Positions 7,569-11,292 of a stretch of 11,292 nt of DNA are shown in pieces. The first letter of the stretch is position 1, and the number at the start of each line of letters is the position of its first letter. Source of the stretch: an uncultured archaeon (GTDB lineage: Archaea > Iainarchaeota > Iainarchaeia > Iainarchaeales > CSSED10-239); assembly GCA_964586355.1 (NCBI GenBank), contig CAZPGO010000054.1, positions 1 to 11,292 of the forward strand, in the 5' to 3' direction. Made by a program: the position numbers and the translations under genes. The notes below the pieces were generated by a model, which did no database searches, was not told the origin of the DNA, and saw only the letters and a program-made list of their open reading frames with translations.

Positions 7569-8645
7569 TTAATTATATTTTCCAAACATAAGATCATTAT
7601 AATCCAAAATTTCTTGTTCTGATAAAAGATCAGCAAACAACTTAATATCATAAATCACTCCATTAAAAAAATAAGGAGAACTATAATCTCTTTGACCGAT
7701 TGTAAAAGAACTAGATACATAAATATATGGATTACGTGACAAATAACTTTTTTCTTCTCCATTTACAAACATTCTAATTTCTGGTATAGATCTATCAAAT
7801 AACACAGCAACAGTATAAAATTCATTATTATTTAATGATTCTGAAATATAATATTCATTACTTGAACTATAAGATGTTGATAACCTACCAGAAGCATCTA
7901 ATTTAATGGATGATTGTGACTGAAAAGAGGAAAATCCAAAACCATATATTATTGTTTGTAAAGAACTATAATCAGTTTTAAAAGAAATTAAAACACTAGA
8001 TACAGAATTAGCAGGAAGATGATTTCTTGAAAAACCACCATCAGAAAAAAAGATTCCTTTTTCTTGGGTTTCTGGATTTCCTGTTAATAAAGAAAGATTG
8101 TAATTATTTTTACTTTTATCAACTAAAACATTATCTACAACCGTCATATCATAATCTGCAACCAGACCGTTTTTTCCAAAACAATAATTATCAGACCTAT
8201 AATTATTTGTTTTTATTAAAATTGAAAAATAGGTTTTTTCTTCATTAAATAATTGTAAATAAAAATTACTTTCTGGTAAACAAATTAAATTAAAAGAAAC
8301 AAAAGCACCTGGATCTAAAATTATTTCGTTCTTAAAATATAATGGTTGATTTCCAAAAATATAGTTACTATCAGTAACAAGATTATAACCAATAAACTTA
8401 ATTGATTCTGTACTATGTATATTTCTAATAATTACTAAATTACTTTCAGATAATTGCTTAATATCAGTTAAAACTAAAAAAGAAGAAAGATCACTTTCCG
8501 TAAAAGTAGATGTAAGATCTATTTGGTTTAAGTTCTCTTTTGCAAAGCTTGAGCTCCAAGTTAAGACAACGGTGATCAATATAACACTTACAACTATTAG
8601 TAAGATTGTGGCGATCAATAGAGAAACAGATCTTCTAATAAACAT
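7569..8645 (-). CDS. Archaeal type IV pilin-like protein (class III signal peptide, Pilin_N/DUF1628-type N-terminus) with a C-terminal LamG/ConA-like lectin domain
   Basis: 358 aa. The N-terminus is MFIRRSV-SLLIATILLIVVSVILITVVLTW. The C-terminal ~190 aa match the Laminin_G_3 pattern, ending FTIGQRDYSSPYFFNGVIYDIKLFADLLSEQEILDY. Its start lies 2 nt after the stop of the upstream paralog, indicating an operon. Confidence 0.8.
   Translation of the reverse strand: MFIRRSVSLLIATILLIVVSVILITVVLTWSSSFAKENLNQIDLTSTFTESDLSSFLVLTDIKQLSESNLVIIRNIHSTESIKFIGYNLVTDSNYIFGNQPLYFKNEIILDPGAFVSFNLICLPESNFYLQLFNEEKTYFSILIKTNNYRSDNYCFGKNGLVADYDMTVVDNVLVDKSKNNYNLSLLTGNPETQEKGIFFSDGGFSRNHLPANSVSSVLISFKTDYSSLQTIIYGFGFSSFQSQSSIKLDASGRLSTSYSSSNEYYISESLNNNEFYTVAVLFDRSIPEIRMFVNGEEKSYLSRNPYIYVSSSFTIGQRDYSSPYFFNGVIYDIKLFADLLSEQEILDYNDLMFGKYN
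8537..8627. repeat. Pilin 5' cassette, copy A (nucleotide-level repeat)
   Basis: CTTTTGCAAAGCTTGAGCTCCAAGTTAAGACAACGGTGATCAATATAACA... aligns to copy C with 1 mismatch over the first ~50 nt and about 85% identity over ~90 nt. It encodes the signal-peptide/TM helix. Confidence 0.85.
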
Positions 8646-8647
8646 TA

Positions 8648-10102
8648 TTAAACAATCTCCGGAGTCAGTTTAATATTTGCAATTCTATCACCAGGATCTA
8701 AATCAATAACAAAATAATTACTATTAATATAACTACTATTTGTCACAGGATTAGAACCAGAAGCTAAAGAAACAAGAGTCCAATCATTATATCCAGGAGT
8801 TGATATAAAAAAAGGCCCTTTTATAAAAAAAGTAAACTTATTTGATTTATCTCTTGTAATTTTAATATTATACCAAAATTTATCTTTAATAAAATTGCTA
8901 TTAGTAACCATTAAAGCATTACCACCTGGATCATTTGACATTGTAAAATGTGTCACTTTCGTGTCTCTATAAATAAATAACATATACCCTTGAAAAGAAC
9001 TATATGCACTAGTTTTGTTAGAAATAATATGAATACGAGGATTTTGATCAGCACCCTTATACAGATCAAATTCCCAAGTACCATATGCTTGAGGACTTAT
9101 TAATGCTTTTCTTCCGTTAGTAAGATTTTCAAAATATTTAGTACCATCAGTAATTGTTTCTAATGGATCTATCTCTTTAATAGAATCAATTCTAACAACA
9201 ACATTAGCTGTTGTTGACTGACGTAACTGAAGTTGAAAATAAGATGATGATTCTCTATCACACCAAATGGTTAAAGTGTGTTTACCTATTTCTTTTATTG
9301 GTACTCCACTATCATCTAAATAATCAAAACTTAAACTAAATCTTTGAAAATATAAATCATCATTAGCAAGAATTCCAGTTGTGCTTAACGTCTCCAGCTC
9401 TATTTTATAAAGTCTACCAAAAGTATAAGGAATTAAACCTGAAGACATCATAGTTAATGTACCGCCATCTGATGTTAATGACCATGTTTTTTCTGAAATT
9501 TTAACTATATTACCAGTAGTATTTATTACTGAATCTAAATAAATATTTTCTTTTGTTTCTTTATTAAATTCATCTATTTTATAACTACCATTTATGGTTT
9601 CAAACTCCCATAAAGGAACATGAAAACTATTACATTTTGTAAACAATCTGTTTCCTTGTGGATTGATCTCTAAAGTATATGGCTGATCATTAATATCTAT
9701 TAACTCTAAAAAAAATTTATTCTCTGGAACACAGACTAAAGAAATTGGATTTATGGAAGATCTGTTAAATAAAATATTGTTTTCTAGGGTTCTATAACTA
9801 TTTAGCCAAAAATAGTCTGAGTTATAATCATTTGTTAAGATCTTGTAACCTTTAATTTCTAGATCACTATCAGAAATATTTCTTAGAACAAGTTGATTAC
9901 CAACTAAAGAAATTTGCCAAAAGAAATCTCTCTTTGAAATGTTTTTTGAAGACTCTAGAAGATCTGTGGCTTGGTTGGTTGTGTTTTCGGTAAAGCCTTT
10001 GCCCCAAGTTAAAACTACAGTGATCAATATAATACTTACAACTATTATTAAGATTGTGGCGATCAATGGGGAGAGAGATCTTTTATAATTTATTTTAACC
10101 AT
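8648..10102 (-). CDS. Archaeal type IV pilin-like protein with two predicted jelly-roll (CBM-like and LamG/ConA-like) C-terminal domains
   Basis: 484 aa. The N-terminus is MVKINYKRSL-SPLIATILIIVVSIILITVVLTW. It shares the pilin-proximal module with its neighbours. The C-terminal ~320 aa are beta-rich, with lectin/CBM-like endings (ANVVVRIDSIKEI; GTWEFDLYKG...WYNIKITRD...FTFFIKG...). The C-terminal domain assignment is tentative. Confidence 0.72.
   Translation of the reverse strand: MVKINYKRSLSPLIATILIIVVSIILITVVLTWGKGFTENTTNQATDLLESSKNISKRDFFWQISLVGNQLVLRNISDSDLEIKGYKILTNDYNSDYFWLNSYRTLENNILFNRSSINPISLVCVPENKFFLELIDINDQPYTLEINPQGNRLFTKCNSFHVPLWEFETINGSYKIDEFNKETKENIYLDSVINTTGNIVKISEKTWSLTSDGGTLTMMSSGLIPYTFGRLYKIELETLSTTGILANDDLYFQRFSLSFDYLDDSGVPIKEIGKHTLTIWCDRESSSYFQLQLRQSTTANVVVRIDSIKEIDPLETITDGTKYFENLTNGRKALISPQAYGTWEFDLYKGADQNPRIHIISNKTSAYSSFQGYMLFIYRDTKVTHFTMSNDPGGNALMVTNSNFIKDKFWYNIKITRDKSNKFTFFIKGPFFISTPGYNDWTLVSLASGSNPVTNSSYINSNYFVIDLDPGDRIANIKLTPEIV
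10004..10080. repeat. Pilin 5' cassette, copy B
   Basis: CCAAGTTAAAACTACAGTGATCAATATAATACTTACAACTATTATTAAGATTGTGGCGATCAATGGGGAGAGAGATC is about 85-90% identical to copy A by hand alignment. Confidence 0.8.
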
Positions 10103-10154
10103 AATAATAAATATAGAAGAAATAAATGTTTATAATATTATTTAAATAAAAAAT

Positions 10155-11276
10155 TTACTCAATTAAACTTTTTGTATTATTCCAAAGTGTTGTTATTTCA
10201 TCTATTGTTAATTTATTATCATAAACTTTTAACATCATCATTTTTCCTCTAAATCCACTGGTGTTACTAGAACTAAGTCCAAAAATAGTTGTCTCTGTTT
10301 CTGTATCTATAGGAATTCCACTTGATTGATCTGTGTGAGTACATGTCGGTGTATTTGTGCTATCTCCAGAATAAAAATTAACATATCCATCAACATCTCT
10401 TGTAATTGCAAAAAACTGTGTTGTTGTTGGATTTACATAATTTGAATTACTTAAAGCCGTTGTTAAACCATCCGATCTTATTCTCATTCTATTTGTTGTG
10501 CTGCCATCTATAAAAAAAGCACCATTATCTAAAAGATAAGTGCCAAGAGAAATATCATTATAATTAGCCCAAAAAACAATCGTTATTGAGCCTGTTCCAA
10601 TAAAATTAGAACTTGCTTTTAATTTATAACCACCATTCGTTACTTGTGCATAATTTTTTCTATTTTCAACAATGTTTGTTGATTCTACTCCTAGCAGTGT
10701 TAATATCTTTCCAGTTCTTTCTATTTGTGTTCCAGAGGTTACATCGTAATCAAAAAGCAATCTACATCTCAAAGGGTCTACATCATTTATAGATCTTGCA
10801 AGAACTTGTGTTCTTACATATGTGTTTTGATCTGTTAACAAATCTATGAAAAAAGATTCTTCTGGGTAACAATCTATTTGTAAGACTTCTGCTTGCTTAG
10901 ATCCTATTATTAATGGTTCTTCTAAATAATAGAGCTTATTTTCAAAATAATCATAAAGATAATGATCAAGAGAAGAAATTATTTTATAACCAACAACATT
11001 TAGATCTTTTGAAGAATGGTTATTGGAAATTAAAATGTTTTGTGCTGATAAAGAGCTGTTAGTGATTAAACCGATGAAATCTTTATTGTTAATTTTTGAT
11101 GTTTGGGCAGTTGATAAATTATCTTTTGCAAAGTTTGAGCTCCAAGTTAAGACAACGGTGATCAATATAACAGAAACAACTATTAGTAAAATGGTCGCTA
11201 TTAAAGGAGAGACATATTTATATTTTTTAAACAAAAATTTTTTTCTTAATTTAGATCTGTTTTTTTTGGATAACAT
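10155..11276 (-). CDS. Archaeal type IV pilin-like protein with a C-terminal LamG/ConA-like lectin domain and an unusually long basic leader
   Basis: 373 aa. The leader MLSKKNRSKLRKKFLFKKYKYV precedes SPLIATILLIVVSVILITVVLTW. The C-terminal domain follows the Laminin_G_3 pattern, ending TTIFGLSSSNTSGFRGKMMMLKVYDNKLTIDEITTLW. A TTG at 11234 is a possible alternative start. Confidence 0.8.
   Translation of the reverse strand: MLSKKNRSKLRKKFLFKKYKYVSPLIATILLIVVSVILITVVLTWSSNFAKDNLSTAQTSKINNKDFIGLITNSSLSAQNILISNNHSSKDLNVVGYKIISSLDHYLYDYFENKLYYLEEPLIIGSKQAEVLQIDCYPEESFFIDLLTDQNTYVRTQVLARSINDVDPLRCRLLFDYDVTSGTQIERTGKILTLLGVESTNIVENRKNYAQVTNGGYKLKASSNFIGTGSITIVFWANYNDISLGTYLLDNGAFFIDGSTTNRMRIRSDGLTTALSNSNYVNPTTTQFFAITRDVDGYVNFYSGDSTNTPTCTHTDQSSGIPIDTETETTIFGLSSSNTSGFRGKMMMLKVYDNKLTIDEITTLWNNTKSLIE
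11123..11213. repeat. Pilin 5' cassette, copy C
   Basis: CTTTTGCAAAGTTTGAGCTCCAAGTTAAGACAACGGTGATCAATATAACA... is near-identical to copy A. Confidence 0.85.
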
Positions 11277-11292
11277 AATAATAATAATAATA

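Noticed and set aside
8027-8248. 73-aa plus-strand ORF antisense to the first pilin gene
   Set aside because: It is a shadow ORF within a motif-supported CDS.
8537-11213. Possibility that the three ~80-90 nt repeats form a CRISPR-like array or mark mobile-element ends
   Set aside because: The spacing is 1.1-1.5 kb. The repeats lie inside coding sequence in the same frame and encode the same TM helix, and there are no inverted termini or transposase. They are paralogous gene 5' ends.
11271-11292. (ATA/AAT)n trinucleotide run just upstream of the third pilin start, as a candidate phase-variable microsatellite
   Set aside because: Only about 5-6 units are visible and the window edge truncates the run. 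Such runs are expected by chance at this AT content. It is worth rechecking only with flanking sequence and read-level length variation.

Overview
The window is very AT-rich (about 25-30% GC by eye) and densely coding. It looks like a small-genome archaeon, possibly DPANN-like, judging from archaeal-type pilin N-termini, a FlaI/PilB-family ATPase and a tRNA with no encoded CCA. Left to right it holds: a GC-rich tRNA-Asp(GUC); a DedA-family membrane protein; a minus-strand operon of a secretion/pilus-assembly ATPase plus two TadB/TadC(FlaJ)-like platform proteins, where the ATPase carries an N-terminal multi-cysteine ferredoxin-type Fe-S domain; a plus-strand block with a Prs (PRPP synthetase)-like protein whose catalytic motifs are all substituted, a 350-aa lysine-rich ORFan and a PPC/DUF296 protein; a LemA-family gene; and three tandem paralogous archaeal class-III-signal-peptide pilin genes. 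The pilins share a nearly identical 5' cassette and a Cys-pair module, and each ends in a large, divergent jelly-roll domain, clearly LamG/ConA-like in the two outer genes and only tentatively so in the middle one. The best candidate for an undescribed system is this dispersed type-IV-pilus-like machinery: an Fe-S-fused ATPase, a split platform and lectin-tipped modular pilins. Separately, GATC and especially AGATCT are strongly over-represented by hand count across the window, in all reading frames and on both strands. No CRISPR array, transposase/integrase or rRNA was seen. All family calls come from motif recognition by eye and need HMM or structure confirmation.
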